From a virus (Duplodnaviria; Caudoviricetes), in the IMG/VR virus record IMGVR_UViG_3300005573_000025, positions 1 to 38,338 of that record: DNA of 38,338 bases; one strand, written 5' to 3'. A program made the translations under genes and the position numbers. Below the pieces are notes generated by a model. That model made no database searches. It was not told where the DNA came from and saw only the letters and a list, made by a program, of their open reading frames with translations. Shown here piece by piece: positions 1-9,411 of the stretch; within the stretch, counting starts at the first letter, position 1, and each line of letters begins with the position of its first letter.

Positions 1-105
1 CTTTTTGTTTGTATAATTTATCTTCTATTTTTTCAATAGCCTTATTAATTCTATCAATCATTGCATTAGCATTTTTAATCTGGTCTTCCCATCCTGATAT
101 TTCAA
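1..105. repeat. Terminal direct repeat, copy 1 (circular assembly overlap)
   Basis: 1-105 is identical to 38234-38338. Confidence 0.97.
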
Positions 106-934
106 CTTCAATTCCCTTTAAAGCTAACTGTCCAGTAGTCCCTAAAATATCCATTCGACTTTTAATACCATCAGCTAAAGTTTTAAGTGCATTGATCTTA
201 TTATTTTTTTCAGCCAATCCAATCTGTAATTCCCTTTGCCATTTATCAAGTGCTTCTTTAAATTTTCTATCATCAGAATCTCTAATAGCTTGATACATAC
301 TATTGAAATAAAATAAATTTTCTCCATATCTACCTGGTCTCAACAAAGCAGTTAATCCAACAACAAAAGGAGTTAGTTCTTTTAGAAGAGCAAGAATAGG
401 TTGTTTAGGTTCTACAACTTCTTCTCTAGTAGGTGGTTTAGGCAAGGGTTTGACAAGTTCTTCACTTATTTTCTGATATAAGGTATCAAGTTCATTTCCC
501 CATTCATCAATTTTTTTAGTAAGTTCATCAATCTTGGATAAATATTTTTCCCTGCTTTTCTTTAATTCCTCATTTGCAGTTTTTACGATATTGCTATATT
601 GCTCCTCTTCTTTAAGTAGAAGTTTAATACTTTCATCTGCTACCGATTCCAAGGCTGATTTTTCCTTAGTTTTAGGCTCTGGAGGTTTTACTTCTTTTTT
701 TTCAACCTTAGTTGGTTTCTTTTCAACACTAATCGGTTTAGCAGGCATCTCCTTAGGTGGTTGATAAGGTCTCTCCATAGGAACAATTCCTATAGGAGAA
801 ATAGGCATTTCTCTTACTCCTAATACTTCCATGCCTACCTCTGTTCTACCTTCAGTTATGGGAGCTATTGCTTCCCAAGTTATAGGTTCTTCAGTAGGAA
901 TACCAACTTTTTTTAAATTTTCTTTCAAAGGCAT
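1..934 (-). CDS. 5' part of a junction-spanning ~431 aa coiled-coil virion/ejection protein (continues 38233..37872)
   Basis: ATG at 934 overlaps the upstream stop (TAATG). The frame MPLKENLKKVGIPTEE... stays open to base 1 and joins the 37872..38294 ORF in frame (934+362=1296 nt). It lies in the ejection-protein cluster. The ORF track misses this part. Confidence 0.85.
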   Translation of the reverse strand, partial: MPLKENLKKVGIPTEEPITWEAIAPITEGRTEVGMEVLGVREMPISPIGIVPMERPYQPPKEMPAKPISVEKKPTKVEKKEVKPPEPKTKEKSALESVADESIKLLLKEEEQYSNIVKTANEELKKSREKYLSKIDELTKKIDEWGNELDTLYQKISEELVKPLPKPPTREEVVEPKQPILALLKELTPFVVGLTALLRPGRYGENLFYFNSMYQAIRDSDDRKFKEALDKWQRELQIGLAEKNNKINALKTLADGIKSRMDILGTTGQLALKGIEVEISGWEDQIKNANAMIDRINKAIEKIEDKLYKQK

Positions 935-1518
935 TATACTAACCCCCATTCTGTAACAAACTCTTGATATTCAGGTCTAATCGCTCCCCCAATACCAAGA
1001 GAAGATGTTATACCCTCTTTAATTGCAGATAAATAAGGAGACATCATCTCCCTTATCTCTCCTGCACTAAATCCCATTGTTAATAAATTTTGCCTCGTAG
1101 ACTCTAAAAATTGTCTCGCAGACTCAAAAGCCTGCTGATAAGTAGGTAAATAAGCTTCATACTGTGCTTTAGCTCTTTCTTCTGGTGCAGGTAAGGCTAC
1201 ATAAGCTCCCGCTGTTTTAAAAGTAGGTGTAACAGTCTCTGTTCCCTTAAAAGGACTTATTTGAGCTTCAGCCTTTTTAGCAAAAGACTCAGTAATTAAT
1301 CTCTCATAAGGATTATATGTTAATGAACCTATTGCAGTCATAATAGCATTCCTTAACTTCGCAATTGCTTCTTCTTTCCCTGCTTCTACTTTTCTTTCAA
1401 TCCCAGTAGTAAGAGGAGTAATATCTATACTGGGGCTTGTTTGAAATTCAGTAAGTTGATAATAATATGGACTATAATAAGGAGTTACTTCTACATATTT
1501 CTTTTTTCCGCCTCCCAT
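934..1518 (-). CDS. Putative internal virion/ejection protein
   Basis: AGGAGG SD; MGGGKK start; position after the tail nozzle genes. Confidence 0.55.
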   Translation of the reverse strand: MGGGKKKYVEVTPYYSPYYYQLTEFQTSPSIDITPLTTGIERKVEAGKEEAIAKLRNAIMTAIGSLTYNPYERLITESFAKKAEAQISPFKGTETVTPTFKTAGAYVALPAPEERAKAQYEAYLPTYQQAFESARQFLESTRQNLLTMGFSAGEIREMMSPYLSAIKEGITSSLGIGGAIRPEYQEFVTEWGLV

Positions 1519-1555
1519 AAAAACCTCCTATTAAAAAATTCTTTCTGGAGGAGCT

Positions 1556-2284
1556 TCATTCTGGAGGAGCTTCATATTGTGGAAAGGAGTAGAATGTTTC
1601 TGGTGTAGTAGTAATAAGGGGTTCACTACCTGCAACAGGAGTAACCGCTCCTTTTCCCAAAAGTTTCTCTAAAGTTCCACTTAATCTTGTTGCTGTCTCT
1701 CCCAATCCTGCTACAGCTTGGCCTCTTTGTGCTGCTGCTTGTTGTGCTCCTCCCATCGCTTGAGCATAGGATTGGGCATAAGCAGCTTTAGCTCCTAATT
1801 CAAGTTGAGTTCTTGAAAGTAGATTATTGATATATTCCTGAGAAAGTCCTGATAATGAAAGAGCATCACTAAGTTGTTGTCTCAATAAATCAGCAGAGAA
1901 AGAAGCATATTGTCTTGCCAACTCATTATAAGCCGATTGAGCCACTGAAGATTTCTCTAATCCCGCAGAAGCCAATCTCTGTGAAAGATTTCTTGAAGCC
2001 TGAGCCCACCATTCATCTAACTTAGCTTGATATTGTGGTGAAAGTCTTCCTTCGTTATACATAGCGATATTCTGATTAATTGCCGCCTTTGCTTGGTCAG
2101 ATAGTGACTTGTTTGCTTCAATTGCAGCATTAATCTGTGCCAGTTCTGTATCAGGTATTCTAACAACAGGTATTTTTACATCAGGTTTAGAAAGAGCAGA
2201 ATAAGCCGCAGTTGCTACTGAGGCAGCACCTAAAGCCAAACTTATCGTTTCATATGCTGTCAATCCTAATGCTGGAATTGCCAT
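1556..2284 (-). CDS. Putative DNA ejection (pilot) protein
   Basis: Hydrophobic Ala/Gly-rich N-terminus and Ala/Gln/Ser-rich helical body, typical of podovirus ejection proteins; AGGAGG SD. Confidence 0.6.
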   Translation of the reverse strand: MAIPALGLTAYETISLALGAASVATAAYSALSKPDVKIPVVRIPDTELAQINAAIEANKSLSDQAKAAINQNIAMYNEGRLSPQYQAKLDEWWAQASRNLSQRLASAGLEKSSVAQSAYNELARQYASFSADLLRQQLSDALSLSGLSQEYINNLLSRTQLELGAKAAYAQSYAQAMGGAQQAAAQRGQAVAGLGETATRLSGTLEKLLGKGAVTPVAGSEPLITTTPETFYSFPQYEAPPE

Positions 2285-2297
2285 AACTTTACCTCCT

Positions 2298-2699
2298 TTA
2301 TAGAGAAATTAAAAAAAACTTATTAAGTTTCGTTTTATGGTAAAGTATTTTTTTAGCTCCCAATTCCTTCCATTTAGTTAATGCAATATTTTTCCCTATT
2401 TTAGAAACCTTACCACAGACAATATCAGGAATTACTACATCTCCTCTTATTTGTTTCCTCAAAAGGACTAAAGTAAATTCATATATAGCTTGGTCATAAG
2501 GCAGACTCATTATTTTTTCGGCATCTGATAAGTTACAAAACGAATAAATACAAAGTGATACATTATGACCATCAGATAAAAATAAATAGTTCCCAACTTC
2601 CCAACAAAAAGTGTAAAATGGAACAAGTTCATTAAGTAATCCTGTATTTGTTCCTTTTGTTAAATGTAAAATATACTCAAATAAATGCGATACCAACAT
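2298..2699 (-). CDS. Hypothetical protein, possibly GNAT/acyltransferase-fold virion assembly factor
   Basis: Sits where podoviruses often carry a GNAT-like gene ahead of the ejection genes; sequence support is weak. Confidence 0.35.
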   Translation of the reverse strand: MLVSHLFEYILHLTKGTNTGLLNELVPFYTFCWEVGNYLFLSDGHNVSLCIYSFCNLSDAEKIMSLPYDQAIYEFTLVLLRKQIRGDVVIPDIVCGKVSKIGKNIALTKWKELGAKKILYHKTKLNKFFLISL

Positions 2700-2700
2700 T

Positions 2701-3099
2701 TTAACTTTTCAATATATCAATAGCTCTCCACAATCGTAAATGTATACTATGTTCAAGTGCAACCAGATTTTCAATATCCATATCCCAAACTTCAGAAGGA
2801 TAATTAACTGGAAATACAAATATTGGAGGAGAATAAGTCGCCCCAATTTTATTCAAGTAATCGTAAAAAACCATATGCTGTTTCCAATTCGTGCTGAAAA
2901 ATGATTCGATCGATTGACGATCATTCGGGTCTAAAATAGGTAAAGTGTAGTAAGTTATTCTAATACTCAATCCCTTTGCACTTGCTAAAGCATTGAGCCA
3001 ACTAGCAATATCTTGATGTTCCAAGGCGTGAAAGGAATTATAATTCCTTACCGCCAAAAGATTGTCTTTCTCTAAAATCATAGGTATCCTGAAAGGCAT
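2701..3099 (-). CDS. Hypothetical tail-module protein
   Basis: Tightly coupled ORF in the operon. Confidence 0.6.
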   Translation of the reverse strand: MPFRIPMILEKDNLLAVRNYNSFHALEHQDIASWLNALASAKGLSIRITYYTLPILDPNDRQSIESFFSTNWKQHMVFYDYLNKIGATYSPPIFVFPVNYPSEVWDMDIENLVALEHSIHLRLWRAIDILKS

Positions 3100-4577
3100 T
3101 ATACGTATCTTGCTCCCAAAGTTCCCTTCACTTTTAAGTTTATAAATTCGGTATAAACTCCCAAATCTTCACTTTCAAGTAGCAAAGAAAACTGCTTCAT
3201 CCTTTGCCCCTGATAATTAATGCTGTGTTGTTTATAAGTATTTAAGAAAAAACCAGGAGTTTGTGCAAATAAGAAATGACCTGTATTATTATAAAACAAA
3301 AAATTCCCATAGGAATTACTAAATAAAAAAGCATTTGAGATTAATCCCATCTGGTTATAATTGAACTCTACTTGGCGGCTGGTTTCATCATAAATTTTAC
3401 AACTAACATTGTTATTTCCCCTGCCATAAAGATATACTGTCCTCAAATTATAATAAAGTTGATCTAAATTGAAAAACGTTTTGGTTTTAACTTTAATTGG
3501 AAGATATTCGCCAGAAGCAAAAAATTTACTAATAGACTTTTCTTGAACTCCATAAGTCAAATTCTGATAAGACGAAATAACCGAAAAACTTAAAGATAAA
3601 GCAAACCATTTTTTAAAAAGCAAATTATAACAATAAATAGCTTTATTTGGAGGCGAAAAAAAAGATTCTGCAAGAATAGCAATATAAGGGATCCCGTCAT
3701 AAACGAAATAACTAATTCCATCAATTGTTCCAGTAATATTTGTAATTGCATCATCTATTTTTTCAGGAGCGGTAGCAATAATGCTAACAATACCAATATT
3801 CGAATGATAGTAAATAGTGTGTTCATACTTAACCCATTTTCTTATTCCTGTGACTCCATAACCAGAAATAACTTCTGCTAAATACCATTGAGTTGGATCA
3901 TTTGATATGGTTGTTCCAAGAAGTGCAAGGATATTATTGTCTGTCAAAATATAAATACTATCTTCTTTAGGAATAAGTCCCAAAATTCTATTAAAACTAC
4001 CAATATTAATTATGATATATCCAGCGCCTGCCGAAGTATCAAAAGGATTAGTTGCATTGGTATAATCAGGATCGGGAACACTAAAAGTTATTGTTCTATC
4101 CTTCCCTATAAAGATCCTACCCTTCCAGTAGCAAATCGTATCTCCCAAAACACTTCTTCCCGTTAAATTATAAACTGTTGTTCCATCAAAGGTAATTAAA
4201 AAATTACGAGTAACTACCCAAACTGCTGTATTTCCCTGAAGTGCATAATCACATTTTGAATCAGATGAGGCAAAAGATCCAACAGAATTAAAAGAAGTAT
4301 CTAAAAATGTTAGATTATTTCCATCTAAAATAGCATGAAATTCATTGGAAAGCCAAAAGACAAAATAATCAAGAATTGTTGAATCATGAGTATACTTTAC
4401 TTCAGGTTTCAATACTCCTTCAATCGCACCTGTAAGTTTAGGTAAACCTTCAATCCATACAGACATAGTTTCAGGAATAGTATATGCATCTTGAGATGTA
4501 ACCATACCTTCCCACGGCGAAAGCAGAATTTCAAAGTCTTTAGAAATTGTTTTTGGTTTTTTAGGATTCTTAGCCAT
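3099..4577 (-). CDS. Tail nozzle / DNA stabilisation protein (P22 gp10 / T7 gp12-like beta-propeller)
   Basis: 492 aa, beta-rich with propeller-like segments (WKGRIFIG..TITFS); follows the adaptor gene. Confidence 0.65.
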   Translation of the reverse strand: MAKNPKKPKTISKDFEILLSPWEGMVTSQDAYTIPETMSVWIEGLPKLTGAIEGVLKPEVKYTHDSTILDYFVFWLSNEFHAILDGNNLTFLDTSFNSVGSFASSDSKCDYALQGNTAVWVVTRNFLITFDGTTVYNLTGRSVLGDTICYWKGRIFIGKDRTITFSVPDPDYTNATNPFDTSAGAGYIIINIGSFNRILGLIPKEDSIYILTDNNILALLGTTISNDPTQWYLAEVISGYGVTGIRKWVKYEHTIYYHSNIGIVSIIATAPEKIDDAITNITGTIDGISYFVYDGIPYIAILAESFFSPPNKAIYCYNLLFKKWFALSLSFSVISSYQNLTYGVQEKSISKFFASGEYLPIKVKTKTFFNLDQLYYNLRTVYLYGRGNNNVSCKIYDETSRQVEFNYNQMGLISNAFLFSNSYGNFLFYNNTGHFLFAQTPGFFLNTYKQHSINYQGQRMKQFSLLLESEDLGVYTEFINLKVKGTLGARYV

Positions 4578-4578
4578 C

Positions 4579-5160
4579 TCAAATCTTTGAAACCCTCATA
4601 ATATCAAAAAACAGTTTATTCTCAAAAAATTCTGAAAGTTCATAATTCTGGTCATTACTTGCAAGTCTTGAAGCAACCAAAACAGCAACAGGCTCAAGAT
4701 AATTGTCTGTGGTAATATCTGGATCTGTTTCATCTAAAGTTGATCCTGTATAAGTCTTTGATGGAAAAGGGACCCCATATAGATAGGCACTATAAGTCCT
4801 ATCTGGACATGGATAAAATCCTATCGTTTTTGTGGGAATAAATGAGTAATTCCAAGGAGGAGCAAAAAATGTGCTCGTAGAAAGTGGAAACCTACCCCAA
4901 GGAATAGGAGTCAGTATATATCTGATCGTGTTATCCCATTGCAGAAGAACACTGTAAAGTTCAAGTAAGTCTTCATCTAAAGTATAACTTGGAGTTTGGG
5001 CAACCAAAGATAAGGATATTTCCTTAAAACCTATCTTTCCATGCTTAATAACCTTTCTTCGAGCGTAGTTTAAAAAAGTAGCAAGTGTAGCATCAGAAAC
5101 ATAAGTTTCAACAGGATAGAAACTATTTTTCGCACAATTAATGTAGTCTCGCCCAGTCAT
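4579..5160 (-). CDS. Head-tail adaptor protein
   Basis: N-terminal helical SDATLATFLNYARR, YTLDED, IGFYPCPD pattern typical of podovirus adaptors; downstream of the capsid gene. Confidence 0.7.
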   Translation of the reverse strand: MTGRDYINCAKNSFYPVETYVSDATLATFLNYARRKVIKHGKIGFKEISLSLVAQTPSYTLDEDLLELYSVLLQWDNTIRYILTPIPWGRFPLSTSTFFAPPWNYSFIPTKTIGFYPCPDRTYSAYLYGVPFPSKTYTGSTLDETDPDITTDNYLEPVAVLVASRLASNDQNYELSEFFENKLFFDIMRVSKI

Positions 5161-5169
5161 ACATACTTT

Positions 5170-5484
5170 TTATTTCTCCTTTTTAAATTCTTTAAAATCA
5201 AAAACTTCTTTCTTGGCTTTAATTGCATCAATGTTGAATTCAACTTTTTGAATATAATTATCCCAAACATCAGAATCTGGAAGCCCAAAAAGTTGAGGAT
5301 TATAATACTTCAATCTACTGATACACAAATTCATCAAATCTTCATCAACATTGATCCCATATCCGAAATAGAGTTGTGCCACAACATCTGGTAATTCTAC
5401 AGGCTCATTTACAGGTAATTTATACTCAACACCACCTGAAAAGAGTATAAGTTCCCTATCGGAAGTATTTAGGGCTACAACCAT
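5170..5484 (-). CDS. Hypothetical head-module protein
   Basis: GGAGGAGG SD; located between capsid and adaptor. Confidence 0.6.
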   Translation of the reverse strand: MVVALNTSDRELILFSGGVEYKLPVNEPVELPDVVAQLYFGYGINVDEDLMNLCISRLKYYNPQLFGLPDSDVWDNYIQKVEFNIDAIKAKKEVFDFKEFKKEK

Positions 5485-5513
5485 AGCATAATCCTCCTCC
5501 CTTATGAGAAGGT

Positions 5514-5539
5514 ATCTCTGGGATTATTATCCCAGAGAT
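5514..5539 (-). terminator. Hairpin downstream of the major capsid gene (mRNA stabiliser or weak terminator)
   Basis: Perfect 11-bp stem ATCTCTGGGAT-TATT-ATCCCAGAGAT; no U-tract on the minus strand. Confidence 0.5.
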
Positions 5540-5563
5540 TTATCCTTCCCAATCCATAATTAA

Positions 5564-6640
5564 TTAGACGTTAGAAACTGCTGGCATATTGGTTAATTTA
5601 AAAGAAGCAATTGGAGCATCACTCCAGAGTTGCCCACCAATGATAATTAATGCCAGATAAGCCAGTTTCCCAACAATCGTCATATTATACCAAGGAGTCA
5701 CAACCGAAACATATCCATCCACAAAATCAAATCTCAAATGATCGAAATTCAAAAAGTAAATGGTAGATTCAGTTAGATATGGATCAGGAAAGATAGGGAT
5801 TCCCTGAACAATCAAACCTGTTACCTCATACTGCCGAGTATCTTCAAGTTTTCCTGTATCAGCCACAATGTAACGTTCAATGTTGGTAAAGGATTCTGCA
5901 ATTTTCTGCCATACTCCATGAGAAGTAAAGGCACAAGTTGGCATTCCCATTGTTGAACATTCATTCTGGAATTTAGCAAGGGCTCTCATTACATAAACGA
6001 AAGCAGATGGAGAATCAGTCCACAAACTCGTTGCATTGTAAACTTTGGAGTTCCACCAAGAATAAGTCGACCTTGAAAGGTTACCAAAGTTGGCATTGTT
6101 ACTTCCATCATCTACAATGTCCTTCAAACCGTAAAACTTGTTTGTGTCCTCGGTTCCACCGCTCACTCTTGTTCCAGTAAGATTGGTGGTCAAAGTATCC
6201 ATTAACCCAATCCAAACAAGAGAAGCCCTTGTTTTAAGATTGTTGAAAAGCATATAGGGATTGCCTGCCTCAAATGCCTTTGCCTCAATATCCGTAACAT
6301 ATAATGTATCCAGAATCATATTCGCATAGAAAGTAGGCATTTTGGTTAAATCCACATCCAGAGAAGTTGGAATATTAAATGCTCCATCATATGTTACATA
6401 CTGAGCATGACTTACAGGAGTCCCTGCAACTGGCTGGCTGATAAACGGAAAACTCATAGCCTTCACCTCTGCAATCGAAAGAAGCTTACGCATAAGAGGA
6501 GAAAGCTTTGAAAGGTTTTGTCCGACCACATAGTTTGGAATTGCTCTGCTCAAAGCGTTCAACATATCCTGCCCCCCGGTCTCGACTGAGGGAGGATACA
6601 GGCCTGTTGGAGTTTGGTAGTTAAAATTTACTGCAGTCAT
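5564..6640 (-). CDS. Major capsid protein (HK97 fold)
   Basis: 358 aa; FYGLKDIVD..NFGNLSRSTYSWW and GIPIFPDPY..IYFLN patterns; downstream of scaffold; AGGAGGT SD. Confidence 0.85.
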   Translation of the reverse strand: MTAVNFNYQTPTGLYPPSVETGGQDMLNALSRAIPNYVVGQNLSKLSPLMRKLLSIAEVKAMSFPFISQPVAGTPVSHAQYVTYDGAFNIPTSLDVDLTKMPTFYANMILDTLYVTDIEAKAFEAGNPYMLFNNLKTRASLVWIGLMDTLTTNLTGTRVSGGTEDTNKFYGLKDIVDDGSNNANFGNLSRSTYSWWNSKVYNATSLWTDSPSAFVYVMRALAKFQNECSTMGMPTCAFTSHGVWQKIAESFTNIERYIVADTGKLEDTRQYEVTGLIVQGIPIFPDPYLTESTIYFLNFDHLRFDFVDGYVSVVTPWYNMTIVGKLAYLALIIIGGQLWSDAPIASFKLTNMPAVSNV

Positions 6641-6643
6641 TTC

Positions 6644-7597
6644 TTAGTTACCTCCTTTTATTACTGGATTTATTGTTTTCAAAAACTTAAATTTCTCTTC
6701 TTTTTGACCTAAAATATTTAGATGATAAAGATCTTTCCAATTTGAGTTTCTCCTATCAGTTTTAGTGATAGAATAATGAAACCCTAAACCTGTTAGCAAT
6801 CCACTGATAAAAATTATCAAATCTCTATCAGTATTATGGACTGCTACTTCAGACCTTTTGCCACTAAGCCTACAACTACCTTCGCTTTCATAAAACCCTC
6901 TTATAAAATCTACTTCATAGCCCTTAATCACCTCCTTTATTTTCTCTAAATTTAATCCCTTATACCATTCATAAAACTGTTTTGAGCGTCCCCTAACCAT
7001 CCAAATATCATTAGCATTTGGAGATACTTTTTGGAACAACTTTTTATCTTGCTTATAAACATTAGGATTTAGTCCAATCGCTCTTAAAGCATTAGCAAAA
7101 GATTCAGCGAATTCTTTTTTCGTAACTCCTAATCCCATTGAATAATCTTGTCTTATTACCCATCCATCTCCGAGTAAAACCCCAAGAATATAAGCAAGAT
7201 TGTTACTTGGTTTTAAATCAATCTTCAACTTTGGTTGACTTAATTCAGGTTTCTTCCTATAAACTATCTTATAGGCTTCTTTATAATTTCTTCTTGGAAT
7301 CTTATACTTCTCCAGAAGATACTCAACACCTCCTTGTGAGCATCCTTTTTCTTTAGCAATATCAGCCATTGATTTTTTTTGATTCAGGTAAAGCTCTTCA
7401 AGTTCTTCTTTAGTGAACATCCTGCCTTTTGCTTCTGATATTTTCTTTCCTGTTTGTTCTCGAAATTCAGGATCATTCCACATTCTCTTGCTGGCTTCAC
7501 TTATCTTTTCACGAACCTCTGGTCTTTTCGCAGGATTTGCGTCACTTTTTAGAACTTCAATTGCTTTAGCTAAACCTACTCTCCAATCGCCTGCCAT
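6644..7597 (-). CDS. Free-standing LAGLIDADG homing endonuclease with N-terminal NUMOD3-like/HTH DNA-binding region
   Basis: Two LAGLIDADG helices (LAYILGVLLGDG, FIRGFYESEGS); N-terminal REKISEA/KKISEA repeats and an HTH (SMADIAKEKGCSQGGV). Confidence 0.85.
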   Translation of the reverse strand: MAGDWRVGLAKAIEVLKSDANPAKRPEVREKISEASKRMWNDPEFREQTGKKISEAKGRMFTKEELEELYLNQKKSMADIAKEKGCSQGGVEYLLEKYKIPRRNYKEAYKIVYRKKPELSQPKLKIDLKPSNNLAYILGVLLGDGWVIRQDYSMGLGVTKKEFAESFANALRAIGLNPNVYKQDKKLFQKVSPNANDIWMVRGRSKQFYEWYKGLNLEKIKEVIKGYEVDFIRGFYESEGSCRLSGKRSEVAVHNTDRDLIIFISGLLTGLGFHYSITKTDRRNSNWKDLYHLNILGQKEEKFKFLKTINPVIKGGN

Positions 7598-7599
7598 CT

Positions 7600-8157
7600 C
7601 TATTTTTTCCCTAACGACATTAAAGCATTCAAGAAGTCTTTCTCAAATGCTTGACTTGGGTTCTTAAGATAGTCTTCTGAAGTAACAGCTTCTTTGAATG
7701 TTTTTGTTCTCCCAAAAACAGGTTCTGCTACTAAAGAACGTCTGTAATTTTGGGCCGCAATTTCCCAGCCAGAAATCGTTGTTGGAACAAGACCCGTGCT
7801 TGAAACAAACTCTTGAAACTTTTTAATTTCATCTCCAGTGATACCATATTGGCTCAAGACAGCCTCGAGTTGTTTCGCATAGGACTTTTTGCTTTCCGCT
7901 TCTTTTTCAGACTTAAGAGTTTCCAATTCTTTATGAAGTTTTGAAATCTCTTCCTTTGTGTATTTCTCGTAAGCTGGGTCTTGTATTTCCAGTCCAGCAA
8001 CTTTCTTGGCTATCTTTTTTAAAGGTTCTCTTAACTCTGGATCAGCATAGGCTTTTTTAATTACCTCATCATATTCAGCCTTTGCCTTGCTGACTTCCTC
8101 ATACTCCTTTTTTAACCTTTCATACTCTTTTTGTAATTCTTCAAAATCCCATTCCAT
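7600..8157 (-). CDS. Capsid scaffolding protein
   Basis: Glu/Lys-rich coiled coil upstream of the capsid gene. Confidence 0.65.
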   Translation of the reverse strand: MEWDFEELQKEYERLKKEYEEVSKAKAEYDEVIKKAYADPELREPLKKIAKKVAGLEIQDPAYEKYTKEEISKLHKELETLKSEKEAESKKSYAKQLEAVLSQYGITGDEIKKFQEFVSSTGLVPTTISGWEIAAQNYRRSLVAEPVFGRTKTFKEAVTSEDYLKNPSQAFEKDFLNALMSLGKK

Positions 8158-8160
8158 AAA

Positions 8161-8319
8161 TTACCTCGCTTTCTTTTTGGAAGGATGTTTTTTGGTCAAA
8201 ACACCTGTGACCTTCTTATTGAACCCAATAATAGGGTCTCGGTCAAGGTCAACCAAAAACTTTTTATCCCTCTCCAGATCAACATTAACCTGTTCCCGTG
8301 CCTTGCCTGTTTTCAACAT
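8161..8319 (-). CDS. Small basic protein (52 aa, MLKTGKAREQ...KKHPSKKKAR)
   Basis: Read by hand; AGGAGGTGA SD; fills an operon gap. Confidence 0.65.
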   Translation of the reverse strand: MLKTGKAREQVNVDLERDKKFLVDLDRDPIIGFNKKVTGVLTKKHPSKKKAR

Positions 8320-8338
8320 CTTTACTCACCTCCTTTCA

Positions 8339-8503
8339 TTAATATTGTTCCGGGGGTTTAATAAGGTTCTTTAACTCTTCAATATCCTCAAGAGTAACCT
8401 CATCTTTCCCCAATGCATTAATAGCATTTACAACTGCGGGAACTCCATACTGAACAACAAGACCTACAATTATCGTAATAAGTTGTAAGGTATCTGCATT
8501 CAT
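8339..8503 (-). CDS. Small membrane protein (54 aa, MNADTLQLITIIVGLVV...), lysis-cassette associated
   Basis: Read by hand; GGAGGTG SD; N-terminal hydrophobic segment. Confidence 0.6.
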   Translation of the reverse strand: MNADTLQLITIIVGLVVQYGVPAVVNAINALGKDEVTLEDIEELKNLIKPPEQY

Positions 8504-8504
8504 A

Positions 8505-8894
8505 TTATTTCACCTCCAGTTTTTCAGGCAGAGTGTTCGGAACAATTCGATTAACATATCCAGCAAACTCTGACCATTTAAGCATTACAGTCGCTAAAGC
8601 ATTAATAACAGCTTGTTTTGCAGTTTCGGTCTTATTTTTCTCATAGAAAATAAAAGCTTCTACTGCGGTTTGGTAACTTACATAATAAACGTTTGCATAT
8701 TTATTAATTTCTGCTCTCTGCTCTGCTGTTATTTTTCCTTGTGCCTGCAAGGAAGCAATTGATTTCATCGCAGTATCATAAGAAACACCAGCAACAAATA
8801 GAGATTTGTAAGTATTCTGTGTAAAAGTCGCACAGGACAATAACCCAATTAATAGAATAACCCCAACTATCCCAGTTAAGACTTTTCTTTTCAT
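8505..8894 (-). CDS. Lipoprotein, possibly spanin-like lysis component
   Basis: Signal peptide with LLSC lipobox; next to holin and endolysin. Confidence 0.65.
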   Translation of the reverse strand: MKRKVLTGIVGVILLIGLLSCATFTQNTYKSLFVAGVSYDTAMKSIASLQAQGKITAEQRAEINKYANVYYVSYQTAVEAFIFYEKNKTETAKQAVINALATVMLKWSEFAGYVNRIVPNTLPEKLEVK

Positions 8895-8903
8895 AAATCC
8901 CCC

Positions 8904-9077
8904 TTATACTTTTGGCTTATGTAGTTTGTGAAAAACCGCAATAGCAATCAAAAGAATAACATTAACAACCGTATCAAGAGTATCCATCGAAATATCTTTA
9001 ATCCCTAACCAAGGTAATACTATATTATAGATTGCCATTACAATAAGACTAATATATGTTCTATAACCTGTTAACAT
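8904..9077 (-). CDS. Putative holin (57 aa, MLTGYRTYISLIVMAIY...)
   Basis: Read by hand; two hydrophobic segments, basic C-terminal tail, AGGAGGT SD; directly after the endolysin. Confidence 0.65.
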   Translation of the reverse strand: MLTGYRTYISLIVMAIYNIVLPWLGIKDISMDTLDTVVNVILLIAIAVFHKLHKPKV

Positions 9078-9093
9078 CTTACCCTACCTCCTT

Positions 9094-9408
9094 TTAACCT
9101 TCGAAATGGTTACGATCCCATAAAATTTGTGGCTTTCCACCTTTCTTTTCCCAGTATTCATGCCAGTAATCCCAACCTTTTTTGGGATCTACCAACTTTC
9201 CATCTTCAACGAAATAAATATCTGCGGCTCTTCCGAATTGATGGGCACTTTTTATCTTTATCCCATCACATTTGCTTAACCCTTTATCAAATAATCTTTT
9301 TTGCTCCTCATCAGAACGCTTAACATAATCAATAATTGGATGTTCCCCTTCAAGTATCATCGCAGCTATTAAATTAACAAGATTGCGAGTAAATTCCACT
9401 CTATCCAT
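9094..9408 (-). CDS. Endolysin, M15-family Zn peptidase
   Basis: RSDEEQKRL..KG, SAHQFGRAAD and WDRNHFE motifs. Confidence 0.85.
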   Translation of the reverse strand: MDRVEFTRNLVNLIAAMILEGEHPIIDYVKRSDEEQKRLFDKGLSKCDGIKIKSAHQFGRAADIYFVEDGKLVDPKKGWDYWHEYWEKKGGKPQILWDRNHFEG

Positions 9409-9411
9409 ATC

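Noticed and set aside
1-105. Physical direct terminal repeats of the virion DNA
   Set aside because: The repeat lies mid-gene and is most simply explained as assembler overlap of a circular contig.
9-764. Plus-strand hydrophobic ORFs 9..293 and 534..764 (and similar antisense ORFs elsewhere)
   Set aside because: They are antisense shadows of Lys/Glu-rich minus-strand genes.
6644-7597. Group I intron or intein hosting the LAGLIDADG ORF
   Set aside because: The flanking genes are intact with 2-3 nt gaps, and there are no intein terminal residues or intron core.
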